Origin: a virus
Taxonomy: Duplodnaviria; Caudoviricetes
Reading direction: 5' to 3' (one strand)
IMG/VR virus record: IMGVR_UViG_3300009082_000005
Coordinates: 1-55,640 of that record
DNA length: 55,640 nucleotides
A program made the position numbers and the translations under genes. The notes beneath the pieces were generated by a model that saw only the letters and a program-made list of their open reading frames with translations, was not told the origin of the DNA and searched no databases. Positions 44,945-55,493 of this stretch are shown one piece after another (positions within the stretch are counted from its first letter, which is position 1; every line of letters begins with the position of its first letter).

Positions 44945-46051
44945 ATGCCAGTTGGAGTAGTAACAACAACAGTACCAGAGGTAAACGATATAGTTCAAGG
45001 CGAGTTTAAGGCTTATTATAATTACAGGCAACCTACACAGCTATTAATTGGAGCAACACAGGGCGGGGCAAAATTAGACATAAATAGGGTAATTGATGAA
45101 ATAAAGTTCGATGGTTCGTATGGACCAACTCTGGATACTAATGGAGTACCATTGATAAGAACTAGAGAAATAATAGGCACAATAACGCTTGAATCACTAT
45201 ATCTAAAATATTACAATAGAAAAATTATTTCTAATTGCGAAAGCACTGGTACATGGGAATCTAAAGAATGGGCAGGAGCAGCAGGTGGAACATATGCAGC
45301 AGAAACAACTATAGTAAATAGTGGCGACCAATCCGCAAAAGCAACAATACCATTGTCGACTGCAAATGCTGGTATACATGAAGTTTTTGCAAGTGCTAAA
45401 GACTTAACAGTATTTGATAATAGTGAAACAAGTGTAGTCGGTGATTATATTGGATTTGCAATATATATAACAACTCAGGATAAAGCAGATTTGGGAAGTG
45501 CAGATATAAGAATAGCTTTTCATATGGATGCAGAACTTACAGAAACTAATTTATATTATTATGATGTTGCTGCAAGTGCTTTAACAGCTAATGATTGGAC
45601 TACTTTTAAAATAGCAAAATCAAGTTTTACACAAAGTGGAACTGGAAATTGGGCAGCGGTTACAGGGGTAAGTTTCAAGGTAGATGCTGGAACAACAGCA
45701 GAAACTGTATTTTATGTTGATTCTATAGAATTAATACAAAATCATACTTATTCCGCACCGGTAGCAATAAACGGAAGTGGCATGACTTATACCGATGAAA
45801 CAACTTATCGAAAAATTAAGGAATCTCTTGAAATAGTTGATGATGATTATATTAATAATATAACAGTTGTTGGCCAAAAAGGTGATGGGTATACCTTTGA
45901 ATGGATTTTTGAAAATTGCCTGAATGATGGAGCAATAAGCCTTGCTTTACAGGAAAAACAAGAAATTGTTTCCTCAACACAATTTACAGCACATTACAAT
46001 AAAAATACAATGACAACGGTACCAATAAAAATTAGAGAATATGTAGCGTAG
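44945..46051 (+). CDS. Tail tube protein paralogue with about 180-aa inserted carbohydrate-binding-like domain
   Basis: IGATQGG.KL.I.R....IKFDGSYGP and ENCLN.G...LQEK.E shared with next gene; insert with W.TFKI.KSSF and FYVD.I. Confidence 0.75.
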   Translation: MPVGVVTTTVPEVNDIVQGEFKAYYNYRQPTQLLIGATQGGAKLDINRVIDEIKFDGSYGPTLDTNGVPLIRTREIIGTITLESLYLKYYNRKIISNCESTGTWESKEWAGAAGGTYAAETTIVNSGDQSAKATIPLSTANAGIHEVFASAKDLTVFDNSETSVVGDYIGFAIYITTQDKADLGSADIRIAFHMDAELTETNLYYYDVAASALTANDWTTFKIAKSSFTQSGTGNWAAVTGVSFKVDAGTTAETVFYVDSIELIQNHTYSAPVAINGSGMTYTDETTYRKIKESLEIVDDDYINNITVVGQKGDGYTFEWIFENCLNDGAISLALQEKQEIVSSTQFTAHYNKNTMTTVPIKIREYVA

Positions 46052-46065
46052 GAGGGTGAAAAATT

Positions 46066-46614
46066 ATGTCTACTTTTGTATTTAACCCGGCTGTGCCTGC
46101 TAAAAGTAACGATATATTATTAGGTGAAGGTATTGTAAAAAATAATGGTACTGTAATCGGAGCAACACAGGGCGGCAGCAGGCTTGAAATAGATAGAAAT
46201 ATAAAAGTTATAAAATTCGATGGTTCATATGGGCCTGTCAAAAGCTTAAGAAGGCACGAAAGAAGAGTAGCAAAATTAATAATAAATTTCTTGAAAATAA
46301 ATTATACAAATATTGCATATGGCTTGAATGTAACTGTAAGTGATGGGAGCAATGCAACTGGAACGTATAAACAAATAGCCTTTGATTTAGATTTTGAATC
46401 AACTGATGTCTTAGACAACGTTACATTTGAAGGGTATAAGCACGATGGAACAGCCTGCATTATAAGGCTTGAAAATGCTTTGAATCTCGGTAATTTAGCA
46501 TGGGAATTGAAAGAAAAATCAGAAGTTGTCCTTCCTTTCGAATATACAGGCTTTTACACATATGCAGCACCTACTACTGTACCTGACGAAATAAGGGATT
46601 ATGTACCAACTTAA
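46066..46614 (+). CDS. Major tail tube protein
   Basis: ILLGEG, IGATQGG, ENALN.G, K.EVV. Confidence 0.8.
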   Translation: MSTFVFNPAVPAKSNDILLGEGIVKNNGTVIGATQGGSRLEIDRNIKVIKFDGSYGPVKSLRRHERRVAKLIINFLKINYTNIAYGLNVTVSDGSNATGTYKQIAFDLDFESTDVLDNVTFEGYKHDGTACIIRLENALNLGNLAWELKEKSEVVLPFEYTGFYTYAAPTTVPDEIRDYVPT

Positions 46615-46632
46615 GAATAAAAGTGAGGACTT

Positions 46633-47094
46633 ATGAGAAAATTAAAATTTAAAGAAGTTAGTATGATTACAAAAATATTCAAGCAGCTCGGAATAAAAGC
46701 ATATAAAAAAGAGCTAATGTCAAATCTTAACTTTGAAAAAATAGATAAATTACAGCTTGAATTATTGAAAGAAAAAGATATTGAAAAGAAAAGTATATTA
46801 CAGCAACAAATAGCTATTGAAGCAGCAAGTCTTAAAAAAAATTTAGCAATTGATCTATTAATATTTATTATAGAAAAATATGATGAAATAGAGGAACAAT
46901 TATTTGTTTTTATTGCAAGTTTTACAAATTTATCAATTGATGTTGTACAGGAAAAAGAAATAGACTGGGTAATTGAAACTGGTAAAGAAATATGGAAAAA
47001 TGCATTACCTGTATCATTAAAAAACTTTATTGAATCTCATATCGACTTAAAAGAAGTTGAAAAAGAGGTTAAAAAAAAGATAGAAGACAGCTAA
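46633..47094 (+). CDS. Tail assembly chaperone (G)
   Basis: MRKL start, position, slippery A AAA AAG at 47073-79. Confidence 0.8.
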   Translation: MRKLKFKEVSMITKIFKQLGIKAYKKELMSNLNFEKIDKLQLELLKEKDIEKKSILQQQIAIEAASLKKNLAIDLLIFIIEKYDEIEEQLFVFIASFTNLSIDVVQEKEIDWVIETGKEIWKNALPVSLKNFIESHIDLKEVEKEVKKKIEDS

Positions 47095-47483
47095 CATTTA
47101 AAGAAAATTTATTAATTTGGTTTGACTTTGCTGAAAATTTAACAAAGTTATTTGATGAAGAAAAAATTATTGAATCACTTATGAATCAGTACAGGGATTT
47201 TAATTATGTAAGCTATATTTTTGATTGTGAATTCAGTCAGGGATATAGCTTATTTTTGGAATCAAGGGAAAGAGAAAAGAAAGAAAAGTATTGGGATCTG
47301 TTTTTGGTTGATAGAAGTGGTGGATATAAAGGAAATTTTGAGGATTATTACAAAGAAAATACCAGACAGGCAAAGCAAAATGTAATGTCTTATGATGAAA
47401 AAGAGGCAGAGGAAAAAAGAATAATTGAAAAAGTATCTAAAATAGACTGGTCTAACATAAAAGATAAGGAAATAATAATATAA
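47079..47483 (+). CDS. Tail assembly chaperone -1 frameshift extension (GT)
   Basis: -1 frame is open from the slippery site into ORF 47181..47483. Confidence 0.75.
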   Translation, partial: DRRQLTFKENLLIWFDFAENLTKLFDEEKIIESLMNQYRDFNYVSYIFDCEFSQGYSLFLESREREKKEKYWDLFLVDRSGGYKGNFEDYYKENTRQAKQNVMSYDEKEAEEKRIIEKVSKIDWSNIKDKEIII

Positions 47484-47806
47484 TGCTTATTGAAAAATTT
47501 TATATAGATTGTACCCATAAAGTTAAAACTAAAAATCAAAGTACTACAAATAGGTCTATTCCAAAATATACAGATATTTCAATTAAAGGTTATATTAGCT
47601 CTCAGAGGGATATTCCTGTTGTTGTTGCTGGAAAAAAGACAATTGATACAACATATAAGTTTTTTAGCTCAACATATAATTTTAAAAATGGTGACTTAAT
47701 TATTTACGATGGTGATACTTATGAAGTTGCTGGAATGCCAAAAAATACAGCAAACAAAAGCCATCATTGCAGGATTTATGTAAGAAAAATAGAGGGAGTA
47801 ACATAA
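47483..47806 (+). CDS. Head closure (stopper)-like protein, displaced
   Basis: GD.I...G.TYEV...P.N.....HH. Confidence 0.7.
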   Translation: MLIEKFYIDCTHKVKTKNQSTTNRSIPKYTDISIKGYISSQRDIPVVVAGKKTIDTTYKFFSSTYNFKNGDLIIYDGDTYEVAGMPKNTANKSHHCRIYVRKIEGVT

Positions 47807-49686
47807 TGCAAATATTTGATTTGTTTGGCGATGTATCTATAAGAGGCGATTCGCAAGTTAATAATTCACTAAATAAAATTGGAGATACATTGTCCAATGT
47901 TGGCGGAAAAATGATGCAATTTGGAGGTGCTTTGACAGCAGGTATTACAGTTCCTTTAGCTGGTTTAGTTTTTCAGGGTGTGAAATATAATAGTACTGTA
48001 GAAGATTTACAAACAAGTTTTAGTGTTTTATTGGGTTCTGAGGAAAAAGCAATAGACCTTACTGGCGAACTTAAAAAAGTAGGAGCATCAACACCGTTTG
48101 AAATCACTGGATTGGCTCAGGCTTCTAAAACATTGCTGGCTTTTGGAGTAGAGCAAGAAAAACTTATTCCAACAATGACAAAAATAGGTGATGTATCTTT
48201 AGGAAATAATGAAGCTTTTCAAAGCATGTCAAGAGTTATGGGTCAAATTTCGGCATTAGGAAAATTGCAAGGTGGAGATTTAAACCAGCTTATTAACTGG
48301 GGTTGGAATCCTCTTAATGAAATTACAAACCGTACTGGTGAAAGCATGGAAAAAGTAAGAAAAAGAATGTCAGCAGGTAAAGTATCTTACAAAGAAGTTG
48401 AGCAAGCTTTAAAAGATGCAACATCAGAAGGCGGTCGTTTTTATGAAGGCATGGCAAAAGGCTCTGAAACTTTATCAGGCAAATTAAGCACATTGTCAGA
48501 TGTATTTAATGATTTTCTAGGCAAAGTCACAAAACCTTTGTTTGATTATATACAGAATAAAGCAGTTCCATTCTTGACTAATTTAATTGAAAAATTTGAT
48601 AAATTGGATCCGTGGGTAAAAGATATTTCTGTGAAATTTGCTTTATTATTTGGCGCGATTGGCCCATTGTTGTTAGTCGGAGGAACGCTAATAACTGTAC
48701 TTGGTGGAATTGTAACAGCTATATCTGCAATTAGTTTGCCTGTTGTTGCGGTAATTGGTGCTTTAGTTGTTTTCGTTGCAGAATGGGCAGCAATTATAAC
48801 AGTGTTTACAATAATTGCTCAGAAAACAGGTATATTGCAAGCAGTTTTTAATTTTTTAAAAGATGTAATATCTGCTATAAATGCTGTGATACAAGGGGAC
48901 ACACAAAAAAGTTTTGAAATATTAACAGAAAAACTAGGTATGAGTGCAGAAGATGCAAAAAATTGGACATCTAAAATTTATGACGCAAAAGAAGCAGTGT
49001 TAAAAGTAATTGAAGTTGTAAAAAGTGTTGCTAAGTTAATTGGAGCAATATTTACAAATGATTCTCAGGCTATGGTTGATTTATTACAACAAAAATTTAA
49101 ATTTACCTGGGAAGAAGCTGTTCAATTTGCTAAAAAAGTAAATGAATTAAGACACAAGATAAAGGAAATGGGAGAAAAAGCGAAAGAAATAGCATTGAAT
49201 TTTATTGCAAAATTTGCAGACAAGATAAAGGAAACAGCCCAGCAAATTTGGGATCATAGGCAAGAAATAGCGAAATCAATAGAAAAGCTAATTGAATTTG
49301 GTACAGCAGCAGCAGATTTGGCGAAAAAGTTTTATAAAGCTTTTTCTGATATAAAGAAAACAGCAAAAGATACAATGAACGCAATAAGTCAGATTGCTAT
49401 GCCAGGCTTTAATATTGTTGGAAATGCTTCGGGTTCTATGAATTTTGGTGGAGGAATGACATGGGTTGGTGAAAGAGGGGCAGAACTTGTTACATTGCCA
49501 CGAGGTTCAAGAATCCATACAGCAGCAGAAAGTAGAAACATTATGAATAGAACATCAAACAATAATAGTAATGATGTTTATAACCTAAATGTAACCATTG
49601 ATGCTAAAAATGTTAAAGATTTTAATAATGTTATAGCATGGATTGAAAATTTGAAGGTTGAAGCTGTAACAAGGAGGTATGCTTAA
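47806..49686 (+). CDS. Tape measure protein
   Basis: LTAGITVPL, STPFE, GK.QG.DLNQL, TLSGKLSTLSD, VGERGAELV.LPRGS. Confidence 0.93.
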   Translation: MQIFDLFGDVSIRGDSQVNNSLNKIGDTLSNVGGKMMQFGGALTAGITVPLAGLVFQGVKYNSTVEDLQTSFSVLLGSEEKAIDLTGELKKVGASTPFEITGLAQASKTLLAFGVEQEKLIPTMTKIGDVSLGNNEAFQSMSRVMGQISALGKLQGGDLNQLINWGWNPLNEITNRTGESMEKVRKRMSAGKVSYKEVEQALKDATSEGGRFYEGMAKGSETLSGKLSTLSDVFNDFLGKVTKPLFDYIQNKAVPFLTNLIEKFDKLDPWVKDISVKFALLFGAIGPLLLVGGTLITVLGGIVTAISAISLPVVAVIGALVVFVAEWAAIITVFTIIAQKTGILQAVFNFLKDVISAINAVIQGDTQKSFEILTEKLGMSAEDAKNWTSKIYDAKEAVLKVIEVVKSVAKLIGAIFTNDSQAMVDLLQQKFKFTWEEAVQFAKKVNELRHKIKEMGEKAKEIALNFIAKFADKIKETAQQIWDHRQEIAKSIEKLIEFGTAAADLAKKFYKAFSDIKKTAKDTMNAISQIAMPGFNIVGNASGSMNFGGGMTWVGERGAELVTLPRGSRIHTAAESRNIMNRTSNNNSNDVYNLNVTIDAKNVKDFNNVIAWIENLKVEAVTRRYA

Positions 49687-52538
49687 TGCCTTGGCTATAC
49701 AGTAATACAGAATATCCAGACGAACCAGCCAGTTATGAATGGCGTGGAGTAAATACATATAACCAACATTGTGCGGCGATTGGTAGTATACCTGCTAATG
49801 CTGCTATAACTCAATTAAGAGCTTATGCAGCTGGCAGGACAAGTGCAGTGAATACTTATTTAGTACTCTGGTCTGCTGGCGGAAGTGTAATAAAATATTC
49901 TGCTCAATTTTCTATGGCTGCTGGAACTGAAACCGGCGGTGGACAAGCATGGCAAACAAAGTCTATTACAGCGATAAAAGTATCAGGCGGAACTTACTGG
50001 GTAGGTTTATATAGAAATCCATCAGGAGGGCATATTTTTGGGCGGCCAAGTTCTCCGGGTGCAAGTGCTTACCAAAAAACAAATACATCAAGCTTTCCAA
50101 GTGTTTCATCAATGTCTGGATATAGTACAGATTCAGGCGACGAGGTAACGGTTGGATTATTTTATATTACTGCGCCCGATGACCCAACAAGTGCAAGCGT
50201 AACAAGGACAAGTGATACAAGGCACACAATAAGCTGGACAAGAAATGCAGATTCAGACAAGCCAGTTTATAATCAGTATGTACAGCGTTATGACAATGTG
50301 TCAGGAACATGGGCTACAATAGCAACAATAACAACAGATTATACAACAAATGGAGCACAAAGTTATACAGATACTACAACAGTAGCAAATAAAAGATATA
50401 GATACAGGGTTTATGCAAATAATACTTCTGGTAATTCTGGATATGCTTATACAGATTATATAAGGACTACTCCTGCTGTACCTACAAGTGTTGTCGCAAC
50501 GAGGTCAGGCAGCAGTGTAATAATTACATGGAATGACAATGCAACAGCAGAGACAAATCAAACTATACAAAGAAAAACAAGTGCTGATAATGTAACATGG
50601 GGTAGCTATTCCACGTTGTCAAGTGCAATTGCAACAGATACAGAAAGCTATACAGATAACAGCCCAGCAAATTATAACAAATATCAGGTAAGGGCAGACT
50701 GTACAGATCCAACATTAAATAGCTCATATGTTGAGTCTGATGTTGTAATAATAATTCAACCACCATCAGCACCAACGAGCTTAATTCCAAGTGACTCAAC
50801 TGCAATTGATGCAGATAATGCTTATACATTTAGCTGGACACACAATTCATTAGATGGCACAAGTCAGTCTAAATTTTCACTTCAATATAGAGAACAGGGC
50901 GGAGCATGGCCTGGAACTCCACAATATAATGAAACAGCAAGTACAGATAATTTTGTTGAAATTGCTGGAAGTACTTTTACAAATGGAACAACTTACGAAT
51001 GGCAAGTAAAAACATGGGGTCAACATGCAACTGCTGGTGATTGGTCTGATACTGCAACATTTGTTGCAAGTACAACACCAGTAACAACAATTACAGACCC
51101 AACAGAAATAACAAATTATGCTTATAGTAGTCTTGAAGTTGATTGGGATTATACACAGCCAGATTCATCAAATCAGGTTGAATATATTTGTAGTTTATAT
51201 GATTCTAGTGATACATTATTGGAAACTTTAACAGAAAATACAGATATAGCAAATGGTGGAAGTGATACGGCAGTTTTTACAACTGCACTTACAAACAGTA
51301 CAACTTATACAATTATATTATTAGTTAAAAGTGCTGCTGGTTTGTGGTCTGCTGAAAATGAAGTAACATTTACTACATCATTTTTAGAACCAACTACACC
51401 AGTTATTACGCTTCTTGAAAATGCTGACATTGGTGGAGTAAATATTTCTATTACGAATCCAGCAATTGAAGTTACTTATACAAAAGATTCAATGCAAGAC
51501 ACTTATATAAATAGTACATATTCAGCAGCAAATTATAATGATAATGGTCAGCTTGACTTGATTGATGATACTGGTGGTGGTACAGACAAAAGTATTATTT
51601 TATTAGATTTTGATTTGTCTGAATTCACAGGAGATACAATAGTTAGTGCATACCTTTATTTATACAGAAAATATGCTTTGACTCCTGGTATTGATAGCAC
51701 AATTAATTATATAAAAACTTCTTTTGATGAAACAACTGTTACTTATGCCACAATACCAACACTTGATACAACTGACCACGACGACCATACACATAGTGCT
51801 GGTGATAGTGAAGTGTGGGATTTAGCCACATTAGTACAAGACATTTGTGATGGAGATATTACAGATTATGAAGGTTTAGCAGTTGTGGCAACAACAACAG
51901 ATGGCAGCGCCGATTATTTTTATGATAGTACAGTTGTTGGAAGTGAACCTGAATTAATTATAGAAATTTCACCAAGAAATGCTGAAACAACAAGCAATAA
52001 AGTATATAGGTCTGTAGATGGTGGAGCGTGGGAACTTGTTAGTGAAGATATTCCAGTAAATACTACTATTACAGATTATTTGCCTAACATAGGTGGAAAT
52101 ACTAATTATTATGCTGAGGCTGTAAGTGCTTTACCATCAAGCAAAAATAGTGCAGAGGTTGACATAGATATAAACCATACAGGATATTACTACCTAAATG
52201 GTGGAAATGGGTATGAAGATTATATAAAACTTAGAGGCGACACTTCTATAGGCGAGCAATTTGGAAGGGAAACAAAACTTAAGAAATATCATGGTAGAGA
52301 TTATCCAGTTAAGCATGAAGGCGAAAACAAAACACAAATTATTGTTTTTAGTTGCGATTTGCCAAAAGAAGACTTTGTAACTGTAAAAAATATTATAGAA
52401 ACAGCAGGAAATCATTTTTACAGAAGTTATGAAGGTGATTATTTTCAATGTGGTATAACAAATCCAAATAAAAAAGATAAATCAAATCAATCATATCAAC
52501 TATCATTGACTATAGAAAGGGTTGATAATAGTGGATAA
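49686..52538 (+). CDS. Large distal-tail/adhesin protein with fibronectin-III and DNRLRE-like domains
   Basis: Repeated P..P...ISW...YTDT...Y.YRV.A units; QDTYI...LL.FDLS...IVSA.LYLY...E..VTY; follows TMP. Confidence 0.75.
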   Translation: MPWLYSNTEYPDEPASYEWRGVNTYNQHCAAIGSIPANAAITQLRAYAAGRTSAVNTYLVLWSAGGSVIKYSAQFSMAAGTETGGGQAWQTKSITAIKVSGGTYWVGLYRNPSGGHIFGRPSSPGASAYQKTNTSSFPSVSSMSGYSTDSGDEVTVGLFYITAPDDPTSASVTRTSDTRHTISWTRNADSDKPVYNQYVQRYDNVSGTWATIATITTDYTTNGAQSYTDTTTVANKRYRYRVYANNTSGNSGYAYTDYIRTTPAVPTSVVATRSGSSVIITWNDNATAETNQTIQRKTSADNVTWGSYSTLSSAIATDTESYTDNSPANYNKYQVRADCTDPTLNSSYVESDVVIIIQPPSAPTSLIPSDSTAIDADNAYTFSWTHNSLDGTSQSKFSLQYREQGGAWPGTPQYNETASTDNFVEIAGSTFTNGTTYEWQVKTWGQHATAGDWSDTATFVASTTPVTTITDPTEITNYAYSSLEVDWDYTQPDSSNQVEYICSLYDSSDTLLETLTENTDIANGGSDTAVFTTALTNSTTYTIILLVKSAAGLWSAENEVTFTTSFLEPTTPVITLLENADIGGVNISITNPAIEVTYTKDSMQDTYINSTYSAANYNDNGQLDLIDDTGGGTDKSIILLDFDLSEFTGDTIVSAYLYLYRKYALTPGIDSTINYIKTSFDETTVTYATIPTLDTTDHDDHTHSAGDSEVWDLATLVQDICDGDITDYEGLAVVATTTDGSADYFYDSTVVGSEPELIIEISPRNAETTSNKVYRSVDGGAWELVSEDIPVNTTITDYLPNIGGNTNYYAEAVSALPSSKNSAEVDIDINHTGYYYLNGGNGYEDYIKLRGDTSIGEQFGRETKLKKYHGRDYPVKHEGENKTQIIVFSCDLPKEDFVTVKNIIETAGNHFYRSYEGDYFQCGITNPNKKDKSNQSYQLSLTIERVDNSG

Positions 52539-53625
52539 CAGTATATTTACAGGCAATAGATATGAAACATGGAAATTTGAAAAATTAATCTTGGCTAATG
52601 GTGAATATGTCCATGGCGGCTGGATAACTGAATATATAGAAGATGCAAGTATAAGCATAGATTTTGAAAGGGATATAAGTGGTACAGCCAAATTTAAAAT
52701 TGATAATTCTTTAGATATAGATTATTTAGCAGACAGGATAAAAATATATTATTGTTTATCTGGTTATGAATTTCCTTTAGGTGTGTATATGCCATTGCAG
52801 TCACCACAACATTTTCAAGATACAGATGTTACAAGAAATATACAGGCATATGACCAATTAAAAGCTTTAGAAGATGACAAAATAACAACATCTTTCTCAA
52901 TTGTTTCTGCTTCTGTGATTACAGATGAAATAGAAAGTGTATTAAGTGGTGTTGGAACATGGGTAAAATATAACGTTGAACCTTCGACAGAAACTTTGCC
53001 AGCAGACAAAAGTTATGAAATAGGTACAAGCAAATTATTTATAATAAATTCTCTTTTGAATATGATTAATTATTATCCTATATGGGTATCTGGAAATGGT
53101 GTATTTCGTGCAATTCCTTGGAATTCTGTACAAAATATAACATGGTATTTTCAAGGTGATTCATTGAATTTATATGAGCCTGATGTAACAAGAGATACAG
53201 ACTACACAAACGCTTACAATAAAGTATTAATAATTGCTAATCAATTGTCGAGTTCTGCAAATTTATATAAAGAATGGAGCATGGAAGATGAAGGAATAGA
53301 AACTCATCCATTTTCCTATACTAATATAGGCAGATATGTAACAAAAGTATTTTACAGTGAAGCAAGCAGCCAAGATTATGTCGATTTAAGGGCAATAAGA
53401 GAAATAAGAAAAATGATGGAACTGGCTGAAACTATAGATTATCCACACGCTTTTATTACGTCAAGGGAAAATGATGGTTTACCTTATCAGGGTGACCATT
53501 TTAAATTTAAAAATACTGAATTAAGCATAGATGAAACTTATAAAATTATTAGACATGACTGGAATTTAAATGTCGGACAAAGTGTAATTAGCAAAATAAG
53601 GAGAGTAACAGAACCGCAGACATGA
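52522..53625 (+). CDS. Baseplate hub/tail protein
   Basis: FPLGVY, AYD.L..L, IN.LL..INY, NKV; position. Confidence 0.7.
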   Translation: MIIVDNSIFTGNRYETWKFEKLILANGEYVHGGWITEYIEDASISIDFERDISGTAKFKIDNSLDIDYLADRIKIYYCLSGYEFPLGVYMPLQSPQHFQDTDVTRNIQAYDQLKALEDDKITTSFSIVSASVITDEIESVLSGVGTWVKYNVEPSTETLPADKSYEIGTSKLFIINSLLNMINYYPIWVSGNGVFRAIPWNSVQNITWYFQGDSLNLYEPDVTRDTDYTNAYNKVLIIANQLSSSANLYKEWSMEDEGIETHPFSYTNIGRYVTKVFYSEASSQDYVDLRAIREIRKMMELAETIDYPHAFITSRENDGLPYQGDHFKFKNTELSIDETYKIIRHDWNLNVGQSVISKIRRVTEPQT

Positions 53626-54320
53626 GTATATATGATTATATTTTAAATAAAAATACTGGACAGCAATTTTATACTGGTACAGTAATAACATTAAACCCAT
53701 TGACTGTAAAATTATTTGATGATGATACAGCAATTCCAGTTGTGTCTACATCAAATTTAACTGGTACAATTATTGGATCTAAATTAATTTTTACTAAAAT
53801 TGGTAATCAATTTTTTGCTATTGGAATAATTAATGATTATGTAGCAAATCCTCAATATATTAGAAAAATTAATAGTCAAGATTTTAGCAATACATCATAC
53901 ACAGACTCAACTAATATGGTAGTTACAATTCCTGGTGATGGAAATTATTATTCTGTAGATGTTTGGATTGTAGCATGGTCATCATCGGCAACTCCGCAAA
54001 TAAAAGTAGCATGGACAGCAAGTGGAGGAGCCTACGAAAATACAAGTTATAGAATTTGCACTGGGTTTGATGGTGATGGAGCCGCCGACGCTTCTGGAAG
54101 GATACAAAAATCAGGTGTTTACTTAATTACTGATGGAGTAAGATATCCAGTAAATGATACAACTCCTGATGAGAGTGTAATTAAAGAGCATTTTGTTGTT
54201 AAATGCACTACATCAACAGCAGCAGTTTTTCAAATGACAGCGGGTCAATATACGTCAAGCGGAACTAATGTAACAATGTCAGGTGCTAGTCATATAATTA
54301 GAACTAAATTATATGAATAA
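53622..54320 (+). CDS. Tail spike/receptor-binding protein
   Basis: OB-like N-terminus (GTV...NPL.V) plus beta-sandwich C-domain. Confidence 0.6.
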   Translation: MSIYDYILNKNTGQQFYTGTVITLNPLTVKLFDDDTAIPVVSTSNLTGTIIGSKLIFTKIGNQFFAIGIINDYVANPQYIRKINSQDFSNTSYTDSTNMVVTIPGDGNYYSVDVWIVAWSSSATPQIKVAWTASGGAYENTSYRICTGFDGDGAADASGRIQKSGVYLITDGVRYPVNDTTPDESVIKEHFVVKCTTSTAAVFQMTAGQYTSSGTNVTMSGASHIIRTKLYE

Positions 54321-54361
54321 ATAACAAAAATGCATATTAAATTTTGAATGGAAGTGTAATT

Positions 54362-55180
54362 ATGATTGATTCAAGCGGATTAATAAATGTAAAAGAAATA
54401 TATGGAACTCCTGTAATTGTTGATATATTGCCTAAAAAATCAAACTATTCTAATTGGGTAAAAAAAGATAATGAATATTTGACAAACCACAATACTGGCA
54501 ATAGTTCTAAAGGTGCAAATGCTTTGATGCACGCAAATTATTTAAAAAATCTCACTGAAAAAAAGAGCTGGCATGTTACAGTTGATGATAAATATATAAT
54601 TCAACATTTACCTTTGAATGTTAATGGATGGCATTGTAGCGATGGCGTCGGCTCTGATTCTGGAAATATGAATAGTATTGGTATAGAAGGCTGCATGAAT
54701 TCAGATGGAAATTGGCAAAAAACCAGATTGAACATGATTAAATTTGATGTTTTTTGCATGAATAATCTGCCTAATTTAATAGGAGACAACTGGAAAAAAA
54801 CAATTGTCCCACACAAACACTGGTATAATAAAAATTGTCCAAGTGTAATACTGGCTGAGTCAGGTGGATTTGATAAATTTGTTGCTGATTGTATAAATTA
54901 TAATTTAAATCTAAGCAGCATAAAAAATAGTTCAGATGAAGAATATATAAAAATATTAAAGTTGGTTTCTCCAGTATATTATAATACATGGATTCCTTTC
55001 ATTGAAAAATATCACGTAGAAGGAATGTTGAATGTAAAAGGTTTGGTTAAAGCTATATTTGAATACAATTTAAAAGAATTAGAAAAATCAAAAATAGATT
55101 ACTCAGAATTGAAAAATAAAATAAATAAAATAAATAAACTATGGGATGAATATAATGAAAAATTTAAATCAATTGCTTAA
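54362..55180 (+). CDS. Endolysin, N-acetylmuramoyl-L-alanine amidase (Amidase_2)
   Basis: HNTGN, SWHVTVDD, GWHC.DG, N..SIGIE, PHKHW..KNCP. Confidence 0.92.
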   Translation: MIDSSGLINVKEIYGTPVIVDILPKKSNYSNWVKKDNEYLTNHNTGNSSKGANALMHANYLKNLTEKKSWHVTVDDKYIIQHLPLNVNGWHCSDGVGSDSGNMNSIGIEGCMNSDGNWQKTRLNMIKFDVFCMNNLPNLIGDNWKKTIVPHKHWYNKNCPSVILAESGGFDKFVADCINYNLNLSSIKNSSDEEYIKILKLVSPVYYNTWIPFIEKYHVEGMLNVKGLVKAIFEYNLKELEKSKIDYSELKNKINKINKLWDEYNEKFKSIA

Positions 55181-55493
55181 ATTGCCTGTGCTGGATTATA
55201 AAAATAGTTTAATAGATAAATCTAATTTTGAAAAAAATCAAATAGATAAAATTCTTGAAGAGATAGAAGAATTTGAAACTGAAAAAGACTATCTGAAAAA
55301 ATGCTGTGAATGTTTGGACGTGATCCAGGTTTCATTTTCTTTATTAGAATTATTTAATCAGGATATAATTGACCAGGCATGGAGATTGCATAATGAAAAA
55401 CTTAAAAAGAAAAAGAGTTTTGAAATAAAAGGAATTTTTGAAATATTTCAGATTTGCAATAGAATAAAATTACAGGAGAAAACTAATGAATGA
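55146..55493 (+). CDS. MazG-like all-alpha NTP pyrophosphatase-like protein
   Basis: Q..KILEEIEEF...ECLDVIQ...H.EKL. Confidence 0.6.
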   Translation: MNIMKNLNQLLKLPVLDYKNSLIDKSNFEKNQIDKILEEIEEFETEKDYLKKCCECLDVIQVSFSLLELFNQDIIDQAWRLHNEKLKKKKSFEIKGIFEIFQICNRIKLQEKTNE

